DNA of 36,896 nt. Origin: a virus (lineage: Duplodnaviria; Heunggongvirae; Uroviricota; Caudoviricetes). The position numbers were made by a program, and so were the translations under genes. The stretch lies in IMG/VR virus record IMGVR_UViG_643348551_000010. The stretch is one strand, 5' to 3'. The notes under the pieces are model-generated. The model was not told the DNA's origin and made no database searches. It saw only the letters and a program-made list of their open reading frames with translations. Shown here in pieces: positions 10,389-20,560 of the stretch. Each line of letters starts with the position of its first letter. Position 1 is the stretch's first letter.

Positions 10389-12500
10389 TTACCAGCCTGT
10401 AATGTAGTTATCGCCCGCGTAAATATTCAGCCCCATACCATCCTCGGTGACGCGGGAACTGGTCAGACGTAATCCTTCGCCAAGCTCGACGCGCAGCGAT
10501 GCTTCCGCATTCACTTTTTGCTCCTGCGGTTCCCTTTCCGGGGCCGTCCATTTCTGATACAGGTCAGTCACAAAACCGCCCAGATATTCCCCCGCGACAC
10601 TGCCCAGCGTGGCACCGGCAACCGTGCCCAGCGGTCCGGCAAGGCTGCCAACGGCACCGCCGAGCCAGGCGCCGGCAGTGCTGCCAATTGCTCCGGCTTT
10701 CTCATGAGTTGATGCCTGTTCATCCATCAGAACGGGAGCAAGCTGGAGCGCCCCCATCACCGGACCGCCAAGACGTGACAGTGCACGACCCGCGCCTTTC
10801 CCCATCCAGCCCAGCGCCCCGGCCCCTTTTGTCACAACCCGACCCATGGCACTGTCTGCGAGTTTGTTTCCGATACCGGAAAACAACCCTCCAACGGTAC
10901 GACCGGCACCAGCCAGCTTTCCGATTGTTCCCGTAACCAGTTGTCCGGCAGCACTGCCTGCAAGCCTGCTCAACAGACCGGATTTGCCGGGCAAAGGTAA
11001 CGATGCGTGCCGTGTGGCCCCCAGCGCACCGGGAGATGGCAATGCCAGTACCGGAGACGGTGCAGGTAATGCCAGTGGTTTCGGTGCTGGTAATGCGGGA
11101 ACAGTGCGTGGGGCCGGAAGTGCCAGCGGTTGTGGCCCGGACAGCAATAACGGCTGGCGGGGCAATGCTGCCGGTGTTTTACCTCCGTATCGGGAAAATC
11201 CGCCATATCCACCGAACCCGTTGGGCCAGTTAGTCACAAAAACGCGCTGAACTGTCAGTTCCCGCAGTAGTTCTGTAGCAGGTAGCGCATCCGGTGCCGG
11301 AATGCCTGTCTGCCCATGTTTGCGTTTTCGCATCCAGCGCCACATACGACGCCCGGTTTTGAACGGATAGCTGGCAACCTGCCATGATGGCTTCGCCACG
11401 GCCCAGCCCGCCCTCAGTGCTTTATTGGCAAGCCAGACAGACACCAGAACAGCAGCCAGTTTTTTCAGGCTGACAATATTCTGGTCAACCCATGCCAGCG
11501 CATCTTTACCCGGTTTCAGCCAGCGCCATAACTCCTGTGCCGCAGCTTTCAGGGTTCTGAATGTGGTCAGGAATTTCTGACCAATTTCATCAGCCCGTTT
11601 ATCAAGCTCCCCGGATTTATCCGCCGCATCGTGCCAGTTAAGCACCCGGCGCATCTCATTCTTGATTTCTTCAAAAGGGCCGCTGTTCATCACCCTGACG
11701 GCAAACTCGTTCCAGTTAGCCTCCATCTGTGCCGTCATCCCTGACCACGAGTTCATGGCTGCGGCCTGTGCGCCTTTTGATTGTTCTGACAGCGCCCTGA
11801 ATACCATCAGGATCGACTTCAGCCCCAGTTTGCCTTTTTCCCCTTGCTTTCGGATTTCCTTAACGTCTTTACCCAGCGCATCAGCCAGTGTCTGGTAAAC
11901 GTTGATACCGTAGCCGGTCAGCAGGTTGGCATCTGCCGCTGTGATTTGCTGGCGGGCGAACATCTGTTTCAGTTGCAGCGAGGCCCCCTGCGCAGCAGAT
12001 AAATCCCAACCGTGTAATGCCCCCTGATCCTGCAACATGGTGATGAACTGCTTCGTCTGTTCATCCGTCATGCCAAAGCCTTTCGACGAGCGAATTTCAT
12101 CCAGAACGCCGCCCAGCCCCCACGTGGTATCCTTCGCGTTCTGCTTCGCCCAGGCCATCATTGCCTGCGCTCTGGCCTTATCGCCGTGATACAGCGAGTT
12201 CATGGCGATAATCTGCTGCTCACGTTGAGCTGCTGCGCTGATAAACAGTTTATTGGCGGTGTAACCCACCCCGGCAACACCCAGCGCCCCGGCTGACAGC
12301 ATTCGGAATGTACGGGTTGAGAGGGAACCCATTCTGTCAATGGCACCAGACACGCGCACCACTTCCATACGCAGGGCACGCAGGGAACTTTGCCCACTAC
12401 GGGACAGGGCGTTTATCTGGTTCGAATACTGGCGGGAACGCCGGGAAAGATTGCCATTAAGGTCAATAATGACTGACGCTTTTAAGCGTTTCCCGGTCAT
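10389..12500 (-). CDS. Tail tape measure protein
   Basis: 703 aa, Gly/Ala-rich with a Pro-Ala repeat block (PLALPAP...), located between tube/chaperone genes and baseplate genes. Confidence 0.85.
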   Translation of the reverse strand: MTGKRLKASVIIDLNGNLSRRSRQYSNQINALSRSGQSSLRALRMEVVRVSGAIDRMGSLSTRTFRMLSAGALGVAGVGYTANKLFISAAAQREQQIIAMNSLYHGDKARAQAMMAWAKQNAKDTTWGLGGVLDEIRSSKGFGMTDEQTKQFITMLQDQGALHGWDLSAAQGASLQLKQMFARQQITAADANLLTGYGINVYQTLADALGKDVKEIRKQGEKGKLGLKSILMVFRALSEQSKGAQAAAMNSWSGMTAQMEANWNEFAVRVMNSGPFEEIKNEMRRVLNWHDAADKSGELDKRADEIGQKFLTTFRTLKAAAQELWRWLKPGKDALAWVDQNIVSLKKLAAVLVSVWLANKALRAGWAVAKPSWQVASYPFKTGRRMWRWMRKRKHGQTGIPAPDALPATELLRELTVQRVFVTNWPNGFGGYGGFSRYGGKTPAALPRQPLLLSGPQPLALPAPRTVPALPAPKPLALPAPSPVLALPSPGALGATRHASLPLPGKSGLLSRLAGSAAGQLVTGTIGKLAGAGRTVGGLFSGIGNKLADSAMGRVVTKGAGALGWMGKGAGRALSRLGGPVMGALQLAPVLMDEQASTHEKAGAIGSTAGAWLGGAVGSLAGPLGTVAGATLGSVAGEYLGGFVTDLYQKWTAPEREPQEQKVNAEASLRVELGEGLRLTSSRVTEDGMGLNIYAGDNYITGW

Positions 12501-12644
12501 AGATATTTCCTGATTTAACGGTGATATTGAGAGAGGGTTTTAGCCTGCTGGCAGTGCCGGAAAAAGCGGGACAGCGGGAGAGACAAGGCCCATTCCGGGC
12601 CACTTTTCAGAATAACGCCAATCGCTGTCGCCGCTTTCTCAATA

Positions 12645-13079
12645 TCATTCCGGCACCGCAGCCACTCGCCCCCGTTCTTGCGTCAGCGATGCCGCCACAG
12701 CCATGTCGTGCATCTCTGTAGCCAGCGACAGACGCTGGAAGTCATCAACAGACAGCTTGCGCATCAGCGCCAGCGATAACGGGCCTTTGATGCAACCCAC
12801 GCTGGCAATCTGTCGGCGCAGCATTTCCAGTCCCATCCGGGACGGGGAACTGACCAGCACCGGACCTTCCTTGCTCATTACCAGCTTTTCAGCAGCCGCC
12901 TGGGCATCAATCAGATCGCCAGCGGTCAGTTCACGCAGTGTCACGTCATACTGCATTTCAGTCTCGTCACCGGTGCCGAACGGCAGGCCGTCTTTCAGTT
13001 TCAGCCCACCGGACTGAAGCTCCGCCACAATACTGTCACGCAGTTCCTGTGCTTCAGGACTTAAATTCATTTCGTCCAT
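12645..13079 (-). CDS. Tail assembly chaperone-like protein (Mu gp41-like, tentative)
   Basis: 144 aa between tube and tape measure genes; followed by an unusual 144-nt gap. Confidence 0.6.
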   Translation of the reverse strand: MDEMNLSPEAQELRDSIVAELQSGGLKLKDGLPFGTGDETEMQYDVTLRELTAGDLIDAQAAAEKLVMSKEGPVLVSSPSRMGLEMLRRQIASVGCIKGPLSLALMRKLSVDDFQRLSLATEMHDMAVAASLTQERGRVAAVPE

Positions 13080-13088
13080 TGTTTCCCC

Positions 13089-13445
13089 TTATGCAATGCG
13101 TTTGCTTTGTTTTGCCATCAGTACCAGCGAAATTTCGCCGCCGTCGTTTTTCGGTTCATCTGCCTGCCAGGCATTCGCCATCATCCAGGTTTCCCCGGTA
13201 TCTGCCTGAAACTCTGCCGTGATATTTTCCCAGCCGATGATTTCATCCAGACCGATATCACCACCGCCCGGAATTTTGCATTCCAGCTTTGCGGCGCGGG
13301 GTTTACCTTTCCAGCCATAAACCCGCGAGCCGGTCACTTCTTCACGGGTGATGCCGGAAGGTGTGAAGGAGGCACCTTCCATCGTTTCAAGCTCCATGCC
13401 ATTGACACGGATGAACGCCACCCCCTGACGCTGATTTCCAGCCAT
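13089..13445 (-). CDS. M: Tail tube protein
   Basis: 118 aa directly downstream of the sheath gene. Confidence 0.8.
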   Translation of the reverse strand: MAGNQRQGVAFIRVNGMELETMEGASFTPSGITREEVTGSRVYGWKGKPRAAKLECKIPGGGDIGLDEIIGWENITAEFQADTGETWMMANAWQADEPKNDGGEISLVLMAKQSKRIA

Positions 13446-13454
13446 AAATGCTCC

Positions 13455-14942
13455 TTACAGAATGAACTGAACTTGTGCCGCGAAAATGCGGAACTGGTTA
13501 ATCAGATTCGGGCCGCACAACACATCAAGACGGTCTTTGTCGTCCTTGTTACGTGCCACATACAGCTCCTCTTTGAACGTGTCGAAATCCTCGACCAGCC
13601 CGGCGTTTTCCCATTCTTCAAACAGTGCCAGCAGCTCTGTTTTGATCACGGATGGCGTCACCACTGCCTGACCAGTGGCAAAGCGGGTGCCATCACTTGC
13701 CAGTTTGTAGTTCGGGAATTTCTGCGTGATGCGGGTTCGCAGCGAATAACGCAGATAACTCAGCGTGGCGATGGTATTCACGTTCAGATAAGACGGATCG
13801 CTGTCACCGTACTTGTTTGTGCGGTACATCGTGATCATGCGTTCAATCTGCATTTCACCACCATCATTCACGTTAAACGTGGAGATGCCGTCAAACAGCA
13901 GGGCATTACGTTCTGACCAGGTGAAACGATCACCCACCGCAGGCGGCATTCTTCCGGGCAGCGTCAGCGTCTGGAGTGGACGCGCCGGGTCGATGGAAAG
14001 CGCCTGACTGGCAACGGCACACAGGGTGGCGGCGTACAGATATGACGGTTCCGGTGCACCGGCAATCCCCATACAGGAGATCAGATGGTCGTTACGACTG
14101 ACACCAAACGTGGAAATGTCCCCATACGTGCCGGACAACACCGTTACTGCAAAGCCATCAGCCTGATTGACCGGCCCCCAGCGTTCCTGCAATTCAGTGC
14201 GTAACAGATTCAGGTTTGGTTCATCGGTGTAAGGCATCACAATATATTTGTATTGCAGATCACCCATCCCCGCGATGCTGGCGCTGATATCCGGGTTGCT
14301 GTTTTTCCCGGATGCGGCTTTGAATGCTGTGATAATCCCGTAAGGGGTGGTTTCACCCGCGTAATAGTTCCAGCGCACGTCCACGGCAGATAATGCCCCC
14401 GTAAATTTTGCACTCAGAACCACATCTGCATGGGTGTCATCACTACCGCTGTCTGCACGTACTTCTGCCGTCACCGGTAAATCCGGCTGGCCTTTGATTC
14501 GGGCAACCAGCAGGTCAGCCAGCGCCGCCCCTGTAGCACCTGCTGCGACAGATATCGCCAGTCGCTGACCGGCAATGTAAGTCACAAGCGAGCCGTTTTC
14601 GCCTGCCGTTCCAGACAGTGAGATTTCACCGACAGCAGCATTACCGGTGCCGTTCCCCTGCGGGATACACCACAGCTCCGCCACGCGGTTAGCGTTCAGG
14701 AATGCATCTGCCATCAGTGCCAGCATGGAACCCTGACCAAACGCCGCACTGGCCTGTGAGCCGGAACGGATACGGACAGGCACGTTTGGTGCCGCACTGG
14801 CTTTACTTCCGCTTTGCCCGAACATCAGCACGCGCTGACGGGGTGCCGGTGTTCCGCTGACGGCATTACTGTTATCAAATTCGATATACGTCAGGGGAAC
14901 GCGAACATCTGACGGGATCGCGTTAAATGAAATATCGCTCAT
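13455..14942 (-). CDS. L: Contractile tail sheath protein
   Basis: 495 aa, sheath-sized, upstream of tube. Confidence 0.85.
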   Translation of the reverse strand: MSDISFNAIPSDVRVPLTYIEFDNSNAVSGTPAPRQRVLMFGQSGSKASAAPNVPVRIRSGSQASAAFGQGSMLALMADAFLNANRVAELWCIPQGNGTGNAAVGEISLSGTAGENGSLVTYIAGQRLAISVAAGATGAALADLLVARIKGQPDLPVTAEVRADSGSDDTHADVVLSAKFTGALSAVDVRWNYYAGETTPYGIITAFKAASGKNSNPDISASIAGMGDLQYKYIVMPYTDEPNLNLLRTELQERWGPVNQADGFAVTVLSGTYGDISTFGVSRNDHLISCMGIAGAPEPSYLYAATLCAVASQALSIDPARPLQTLTLPGRMPPAVGDRFTWSERNALLFDGISTFNVNDGGEMQIERMITMYRTNKYGDSDPSYLNVNTIATLSYLRYSLRTRITQKFPNYKLASDGTRFATGQAVVTPSVIKTELLALFEEWENAGLVEDFDTFKEELYVARNKDDKDRLDVLCGPNLINQFRIFAAQVQFIL

Positions 14943-15145
14943 TTCGATTTACTCCGTTTTTTCGGCGCAGCGTCGGTATCATCCGCCGTGTTTTCGGTGC
15001 TCCCGACTTCAACCACATCACCGGCTGTAAGGCGACGTATCCAGAAACTGTTACGGGGCTTTTCTTCTCCCTCCGGAGCCAGTAATTTCATCGTGAGCGG
15101 GTCACGGATGGCTTTTCCCGCTGCGGGTTTAATTTTCAGCATCAT
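14939..15145 (-). CDS. Small virion morphogenesis protein (Mu gp38-like, tentative)
   Basis: 68-aa ORF translationally coupled between flanking structural genes. Confidence 0.55.
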   Translation of the reverse strand: MMLKIKPAAGKAIRDPLTMKLLAPEGEEKPRNSFWIRRLTAGDVVEVGSTENTADDTDAAPKKRSKSK

Positions 15146-15677
15146 GATCCTTTTCCTGATTCACATTGATATGTGCGGCAAATTCCGGGGTTTCGTCCGG
15201 GAATTTCCAGGTCTGCCAGTGGCGCTCGTAATCATCCAGCGAGTCCATATCCACACCGGACGGTAACGGCGTGATGCCACTAAAATAGATACCGTACAAT
15301 GCGACTCCTGAATTACTCTGGGCATCGGTATACAGGTTGCGGACGCTGGTCAGACGCAGGCCGGTTGTGGGGCCAAATGTATGTCCGTTCATTCCGGCAA
15401 TCAGGCGCTCAACAATCTGGTAAATCCCCGGACGGTCGGTTTCCCGACCGTTCAGCATTTTTGCCACCACGTAAAACACCCAGCGGCTTTCCACTTCACG
15501 GCGGGTGCGGCCTTCACCGCAGCCCAGCCACGCCAGATAAACAGACGGCGGTGCAATCAGGATTTTTTTAATTGCGGCATCAGACCAGGTGCCGGGATGC
15601 GTTTTTACATCCCGCAGTGTTCGTCCGAACAACCCACGAACAGCATCGAGCAAAGCAGCTTCTGTGGTGGCAATCAT
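15129..15677 (-). CDS. Head-tail connector / tail completion protein (Mu gp37-like, tentative)
   Basis: 182 aa, synteny. Confidence 0.65.
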   Translation of the reverse strand: MIATTEAALLDAVRGLFGRTLRDVKTHPGTWSDAAIKKILIAPPSVYLAWLGCGEGRTRREVESRWVFYVVAKMLNGRETDRPGIYQIVERLIAGMNGHTFGPTTGLRLTSVRNLYTDAQSNSGVALYGIYFSGITPLPSGVDMDSLDDYERHWQTWKFPDETPEFAAHINVNQEKDHDAEN

Positions 15678-16099
15678 CAGATAAACCCCTTCTGGTTGCG
15701 GGAGAAAATGGCTGCGTCAGACTGCACCTCAACCAGATTTTCGCTGACCGGTTCAACACCATGCACATCTGCGCCAAGCGGTAATTTTCCGTCGAGAACC
15801 ACCCCCAGCCACCTGATGGCGTCTTTGTAACGTTGTGTGCATTGCTCTGTTGCCTGTTCATCACACAGGTAATAAAAAGCAATATCGCAACAAACACGAA
15901 CCAGCGTTACAGGAACCACTGACAATGGCAGCTGGTAACGGGGACTGATATAACCGTCGATAAGCGCGCTGGCATCCTGTAACGCCTGCGTAATCAGTGC
16001 ATCATCTGGTTCAAAGTTGTCCGATTTATCAGCGGTCAGTTTGTCCAGATTGCTGCGCTGGTAACGCTTTACCATGTCGTCAAGAGAGGCATAGCTCAT
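15677..16099 (-). CDS. Head completion protein (Mu gp36-like, tentative)
   Basis: 140 aa, synteny. Confidence 0.65.
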   Translation of the reverse strand: MSYASLDDMVKRYQRSNLDKLTADKSDNFEPDDALITQALQDASALIDGYISPRYQLPLSVVPVTLVRVCCDIAFYYLCDEQATEQCTQRYKDAIRWLGVVLDGKLPLGADVHGVEPVSENLVEVQSDAAIFSRNQKGFI

Positions 16100-16506
16100 G
16101 CTTGCGCCTCAGCCAGTGCTGCTTTGATTTGTGCCGCAGTGACGTTTTCCCCCAGCACCGCACTGACCGCTTTCACTTTGGGTTCCCCCCCTGCGGTAAA
16201 GTGTTCCGGGTTTGCCTGATCCAGACCGGCAACGGTCGCACGGATACGGGCGTTCAGATCGCCCACACCCAGAACGTCCAGCCCCCCAGCCTCAGCGAGC
16301 GTTTCTGCTGCCGTTGTCGATACAACAGACAACACGCTGTCGGCACGGATGATCGCCAGTTGTTCTTCGGTGACTTCCACTGTGTTTTCGCCACGCGTAA
16401 AGGCGATACCGGCGCGGCGGTAGACCGGGCGAAGACATTTAATAATCGCCGTGCAAGTGATGCGAGAAGTGTCCAGCCGTTGTGAATTAAGCGAAGTGCC
16501 TGACAT
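16096..16506 (-). CDS. Head-associated protein (Mu gp35-like, tentative)
   Basis: 136 aa, first ORF after the capsid gene hairpin; ATG at 16504-16506 with an upstream aggag. Confidence 0.65.
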   Translation of the reverse strand: MSGTSLNSQRLDTSRITCTAIIKCLRPVYRRAGIAFTRGENTVEVTEEQLAIIRADSVLSVVSTTAAETLAEAGGLDVLGVGDLNARIRATVAGLDQANPEHFTAGGEPKVKAVSAVLGENVTAAQIKAALAEAQA

Positions 16507-16540
16507 AACACATGCTCCTCCTTTTCCTTTAAATCAGGTT

Positions 16541-16564
16541 AAAAGGCGGCCTGAACCGCCTTTT
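16541..16564 (-). terminator. Stem-loop (attenuator / intrinsic-terminator-like) just downstream of the major capsid gene
   Basis: aaaaggcgg / cctgaa / ccgcctttt: perfect 9-bp GC-rich stem, T-run on the sense (minus) strand, in the 66-nt gap between the capsid gene and the next gene. Confidence 0.55.
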
Positions 16565-16572
16565 AACGACGG

Positions 16573-17490
16573 TTACAGGTAGTCAGCAACAACCAGTTGC
16601 AGCTTACCCTTCATCTCGTTAGAGACGGTGGTATTGCCATCCGCGAACAGCTCACGGTTAAGCAGTTGCTCTGCGGATTTTTCCAGTCCGACCGGTACAA
16701 CGATATGCGTCGGCTTCAGGCCCAGCTTCTTACCGCCATCACCTTCAAAAGAACGCATCAGTTGCCAGCCCTTCCAGAGGTTATCCAGCGTCAGATCGCC
16801 TTTTACCGCGACAGCCATCTGCCAGAAGCCGTAACCGGCAGCACGGCGGGCGCTGGCACCAAACAGGAACTCGTTATCCATAAAAACGTGGTCGTCATCG
16901 ATACGGGTACGTGCGACCAGTTCCGGTTTGCGGCGCTCCTGGAAAATCAGCGGTTTGACTGCGCGGGAGCAGTCCAGCAGATAGAATGGCAGACCGCTGA
17001 AGCTGTCCTGCTCAACGATGTTGGAGGTATTAACTGCGCTGCCCGTGCCGTCCACATTCGGATATACCGGATGCTCCTTGTCGAAGAAGTTCTGACCGTC
17101 ATAGCAGGGCTGGGTAAAGCCATCTTTCAGAAGTTTAAAAATCAGCTCATCCGGCTGAACTGCCGCAGAACGGCCCATCTCCTGAAAAATCGGCGCATAA
17201 ATACCCAGATTGTCATCCTCGAAGTCATCACGGGAAATACCCACGGTGCCTTCAAACGTTTTATTAGCGATGGAGTAGCCATGCGCTTCCATTTGCTGAA
17301 TGGTTCGCTTACCCACCCATTCTTTCAGGGTCGGGAATTTACCCAGCCAGCCATAGGTATTGCTGCGGGTGGAGGAGTTCACCACCATTGCAATTTTGCT
17401 GTACTGCGACGGGGCGTCTTCAAGACCGCCCTGAAAATCCTTACGCCAGGAGGTCATCAGAGCTTTAATGGATGCCGGGGTGACAATCAT
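16573..17490 (-). CDS. T: Major capsid protein
   Basis: 305 aa immediately downstream of the protease/scaffold gene and followed by a hairpin. Confidence 0.85.
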   Translation of the reverse strand: MIVTPASIKALMTSWRKDFQGGLEDAPSQYSKIAMVVNSSTRSNTYGWLGKFPTLKEWVGKRTIQQMEAHGYSIANKTFEGTVGISRDDFEDDNLGIYAPIFQEMGRSAAVQPDELIFKLLKDGFTQPCYDGQNFFDKEHPVYPNVDGTGSAVNTSNIVEQDSFSGLPFYLLDCSRAVKPLIFQERRKPELVARTRIDDDHVFMDNEFLFGASARRAAGYGFWQMAVAVKGDLTLDNLWKGWQLMRSFEGDGGKKLGLKPTHIVVPVGLEKSAEQLLNRELFADGNTTVSNEMKGKLQLVVADYL

Positions 17491-18587
17491 TTTTCTTGTT
17501 CCTGTTTCATTTTCAGATACTCAGCCTCAGTAATGCCGAGCGCCTTCACTGCTGCTTTTTCATCAGCAGACAGCACCGCCACCGCCGGTTTTTCCTGCGA
17601 CGGGTTTTGTACCGTTGTGGTCTGCATGGCAGATAACGCAGCGATGGGCTGTTTTTTCTCAAGCTGTGCCGACAGTGCCGCCACGCCAATCTGACCGCCA
17701 AGCTGTTCCAGATAGGCACGTTCGCTTTTGAAAATGCGGCCTTCCTGTTCCGCCTTGTCCAGAACGGCGCTCAGGCTGGCGGTGGCACTTTGCGCGGTGG
17801 CCTGAGCCAGTTCATCAAGCACGGCGTTGTAGCTTTCCACCGGGACGTATTTCGTCAGGTCAACGGCGGCTTTCTGTGCCTTTTCCAGTTCGGCGGATAA
17901 CGACGCCACTTTTCCGGCATCTGTTTCGAGTGCATCAAGCGCACTCAGGGCCGCGCTGGCCTGTTCATCAGTGATGTCTGCATTTTCGGGGACAGTTACC
18001 CCAAGACGCGCAAGCAGCTTGCGCAGCGTTTCATTCATGGGTTTGTTCTCCTGTTGAAGGATGTCGGGAAGGCCTGCCGCCAGTGCGGTCAGCTTTTTCA
18101 TGCCGGTGGCACCGGGATCATTGGTCAGCGCAGCAAGGCGGATTTGCAGTACCGCACCAGTGGCGGTGTCATACGGAAAAACCGCAGAGAGATAACCAAA
18201 TTCACCGTCATCGATGCGCTGCTGGGCTGCCGCTGTCCAGCGTGGGTGGATAAATAACCCTTCACCTTCACGCCACTGCATTTCATCGGCGTTAAACCAG
18301 CCAGCCGCGACCAGTTGTTCCGGGGGTAATCCTTTGTCCTTACGCAGCTGGTTATGCTCGTAATCAATCAGCACGTCCTGGTTAAGTGCGCGGATACCTT
18401 CAATCAGGCGTCCGGCAATTTCTCCGTCGATGAACCAGCCCTGACCGGTTGTTACATCAAACGGGCGACCGTCACGGGCACTGAAATAACCGGCAGGCAA
18501 TAGCTGGCACCAGCCGTCATCGTCAATGGACAGCGCACCCAGCGCAGCAATACCAATCGCGTGTTTTTTCATGTCCGGCCTGCTCAT
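17487..18587 (-). CDS. I: Head maturation protease with in-frame C-terminal scaffold (I/Z-type)
   Basis: 366 aa, ATG at 18585-18587, overlaps the capsid gene start by 4 nt. Confidence 0.8.
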   Translation of the reverse strand: MSRPDMKKHAIGIAALGALSIDDDGWCQLLPAGYFSARDGRPFDVTTGQGWFIDGEIAGRLIEGIRALNQDVLIDYEHNQLRKDKGLPPEQLVAAGWFNADEMQWREGEGLFIHPRWTAAAQQRIDDGEFGYLSAVFPYDTATGAVLQIRLAALTNDPGATGMKKLTALAAGLPDILQQENKPMNETLRKLLARLGVTVPENADITDEQASAALSALDALETDAGKVASLSAELEKAQKAAVDLTKYVPVESYNAVLDELAQATAQSATASLSAVLDKAEQEGRIFKSERAYLEQLGGQIGVAALSAQLEKKQPIAALSAMQTTTVQNPSQEKPAVAVLSADEKAAVKALGITEAEYLKMKQEQEK

Positions 18588-18773
18588 CGTGATTTGTGAG
18601 TAGCCAGTGTGCGGGGAACGGGAGAAAAGGCGGGGTTATCCAGTTTTAGTAATTCTGCAGGAGAAAGATAAAGGGGAAGGGAAATGCATGACGCTACCCC
18701 CTTCAAAACCCCTTCAAAAACGCCACAGAACCTTCAAAAATTCTTTATCGCGTGATTTTATCTCTGTATCTGG
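18588..18773 (-). promoter_or_regulatory. G-I intergenic region at the genome centre: expected site of the late promoter for I and candidate strong gyrase site
   Basis: 186-nt non-coding gap about 17.8-17.95 kb from the left end; three phased copies of ccttcaaaa at 18700-18708, 18711-18719 and 18731-18739. Confidence 0.5.
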
Positions 18774-19244
18774 TTACTGCGTCAGAGCGGCGCTTACGCG
18801 TTTTCTGATGGCATCATAAATTTCCTGCTCACCGCTCTTATCCAGCCCCATATAAGGACGTGCAGGAACACCTGCCGGACCGGGGGGCATATCAGGCTTA
18901 CCGCCCCACTGATGAATAGCAGCGTAAACTTTTGGTGAGCCAATCAGGGCATAATCCGGGCCGTAAGCGGAAGTGATGCTGCGGGCCAGATCGCCATGCA
19001 GGGTAAGAATGCTACCCGGAATAAAACCATGCTCCTGACGCCATGCCAGCCACGGGTCACTCCATGACTCCCAGCTCTGGCCCGTGTCCGGGTCTGCCTG
19101 CCGTTCAAAAGCCTGTTCAGAAGACGACAGCAATGCCGCAGCCATCACACGTGGCACATATCCGTCATGCGTTACCGTTGCCAGATCATCAAGAGCAAGC
19201 CGGATACGTCGCACATCCACGGCAACGTTCATATCAAGACTCAC
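18774..19244 (-). CDS. G: Virion morphogenesis protein G
   Basis: 156 aa; GTG at 19242-19244 preceded by a strong SD (ggaggtg), coupled to the stop of the upstream gene. Confidence 0.75.
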   Translation of the reverse strand: MSLDMNVAVDVRRIRLALDDLATVTHDGYVPRVMAAALLSSSEQAFERQADPDTGQSWESWSDPWLAWRQEHGFIPGSILTLHGDLARSITSAYGPDYALIGSPKVYAAIHQWGGKPDMPPGPAGVPARPYMGLDKSGEQEIYDAIRKRVSAALTQ

Positions 19245-20560
19245 TTATTCACCTCCACATGCCCTTCCAGTACGTCAATCATCCCGTCAGCAATCGCGGC
19301 TTCAAGCGACTGTGCAGATACGCGGCTGATACTGACCAGCACATCAGCCCGGTCATTCTGCCTGCCGACTGTCTGTGATGTTCTGACCACAATTTGGGCC
19401 GTGCCGTCACGGGTTGCCACAACGTACAGCAGCTGGTGATTTTTTCTGTCCCACAATACCGCCTGTGGTTCTGCCATCAGAGACGGCAGACGCTGTAAAT
19501 CCTCTGCTTTCAGGGCAGCATCAGCAGCGGTAGCCAGACTTTCTCCATTCATCACCAGTAAACGGGCTGGCATATTCCCGGTGCGCTGATGTACGGCTTC
19601 AGCTACCGATTCCGTCATAAAACCCAGTGCCCGGATCTCACGCCCGGCGTGACGTGATTTCGCCAGACGATTAAGCCACAGGGAAAAAGCAAGCTGGCGC
19701 TCCCGGCTGTTATTCAGCGTCTGTACAACCTGCTCACGCAGCTGCGCGTCACGAACTTCCACCAGTTTTCGAATCAGCGCCTGATCAGTACCGAATGCCG
19801 CCGAACCGGGGTTATATGACCAGCCAACGTCCGGCGTCATTTTTACCCGACCGTTGTCAAACGTGGTTGACGATGTGCGGAAAATCTCTCCTGTGCTTTC
19901 ATCCGTGCCGGCCTCCACTTCGCGGGTATCCATGAATGAAGCACCATAGCTGACCTGTAATCCCAGTTCTTTCATTCGGGCCGCAGATATCGCACGAACG
20001 CGGCAGCGACAGCTCCAGCCATTGGGCGGGTAATGTGTCTGCCAGAAAATATCGTCATACCGGAAAATCATATTATGCAGCCGGGCATGTTCCGGGCGCG
20101 TTCTGCTGTCCATAACGGCGACATACTGCCAGTACGGATACAGGTCTGCGGTATTCATCATCTGTGCATAACGTCCCGCCCCGTACGCTGTACGGGTATT
20201 GACGTTATAAATGGTTGCCAGACGACGCGGACTGCCCAGTTCGATTTCCTTCGCGTTTCCCTCTGCATCCACGATGATTTGTTTTCCCCACCATCCGAGC
20301 TTTTGCAACCGGGGAGCCAGTGTGCGGGTAAATTCCTCACGGGTGATACCCTCACTGACAGCCCGCTCCACTTCCTCACGGATTGTGGTCAGGACATCCA
20401 TCCGGGCAGCTTTGGCAACGGTAAAGGCACGGGCGTGCGCGTCTGCCAGTTGTTCGTACCAGTTCCAGGTGATGTTGTAGCCTTTGGCGCGGAAATACGC
20501 GACAGCCTCCTTTGGCGGGAGGCGTGCGGCATACGCCAGATCAATGGTCTGCTGCGGCAT
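19241..20560 (-). CDS. F: Head morphogenesis / minor capsid protein F
   Basis: Large ORF downstream of portal; start set at ATG 20558-20560 (G-rich SD-like sequence upstream) rather than the SD-less GTG at 20596. Confidence 0.75.
   Translation of the reverse strand: MPQQTIDLAYAARLPPKEAVAYFRAKGYNITWNWYEQLADAHARAFTVAKAARMDVLTTIREEVERAVSEGITREEFTRTLAPRLQKLGWWGKQIIVDAEGNAKEIELGSPRRLATIYNVNTRTAYGAGRYAQMMNTADLYPYWQYVAVMDSRTRPEHARLHNMIFRYDDIFWQTHYPPNGWSCRCRVRAISAARMKELGLQVSYGASFMDTREVEAGTDESTGEIFRTSSTTFDNGRVKMTPDVGWSYNPGSAAFGTDQALIRKLVEVRDAQLREQVVQTLNNSRERQLAFSLWLNRLAKSRHAGREIRALGFMTESVAEAVHQRTGNMPARLLVMNGESLATAADAALKAEDLQRLPSLMAEPQAVLWDRKNHQLLYVVATRDGTAQIVVRTSQTVGRQNDRADVLVSISRVSAQSLEAAIADGMIDVLEGHVEVNK

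Noticed and set aside
10846-11250. 134-aa plus-strand ORF and repeat-rich peptide within the tape measure gene
   Set aside because: Antisense product of the Pro/Ala repeat region of the tape measure gene; not an independent gene.
13107-13916. 269-aa plus-strand ORF antisense to tail tube and sheath genes
   Set aside because: Embedded antisense in conserved tail genes; no start context.
16597-17694. 365-aa plus-strand ORF antisense to the major capsid and protease genes
   Set aside because: Completely overlaps two strongly supported structural genes on the other strand; low-complexity Ala/Gly-rich translation typical of antisense frames.
18607-18819. 70-aa plus-strand ORF in the G-I intergenic region
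   Set aside because: Begins in the regulatory gap without SD, runs into the G gene 3' end, and its translation is low-complexity; the region is better explained as promoter / gyrase-site DNA.
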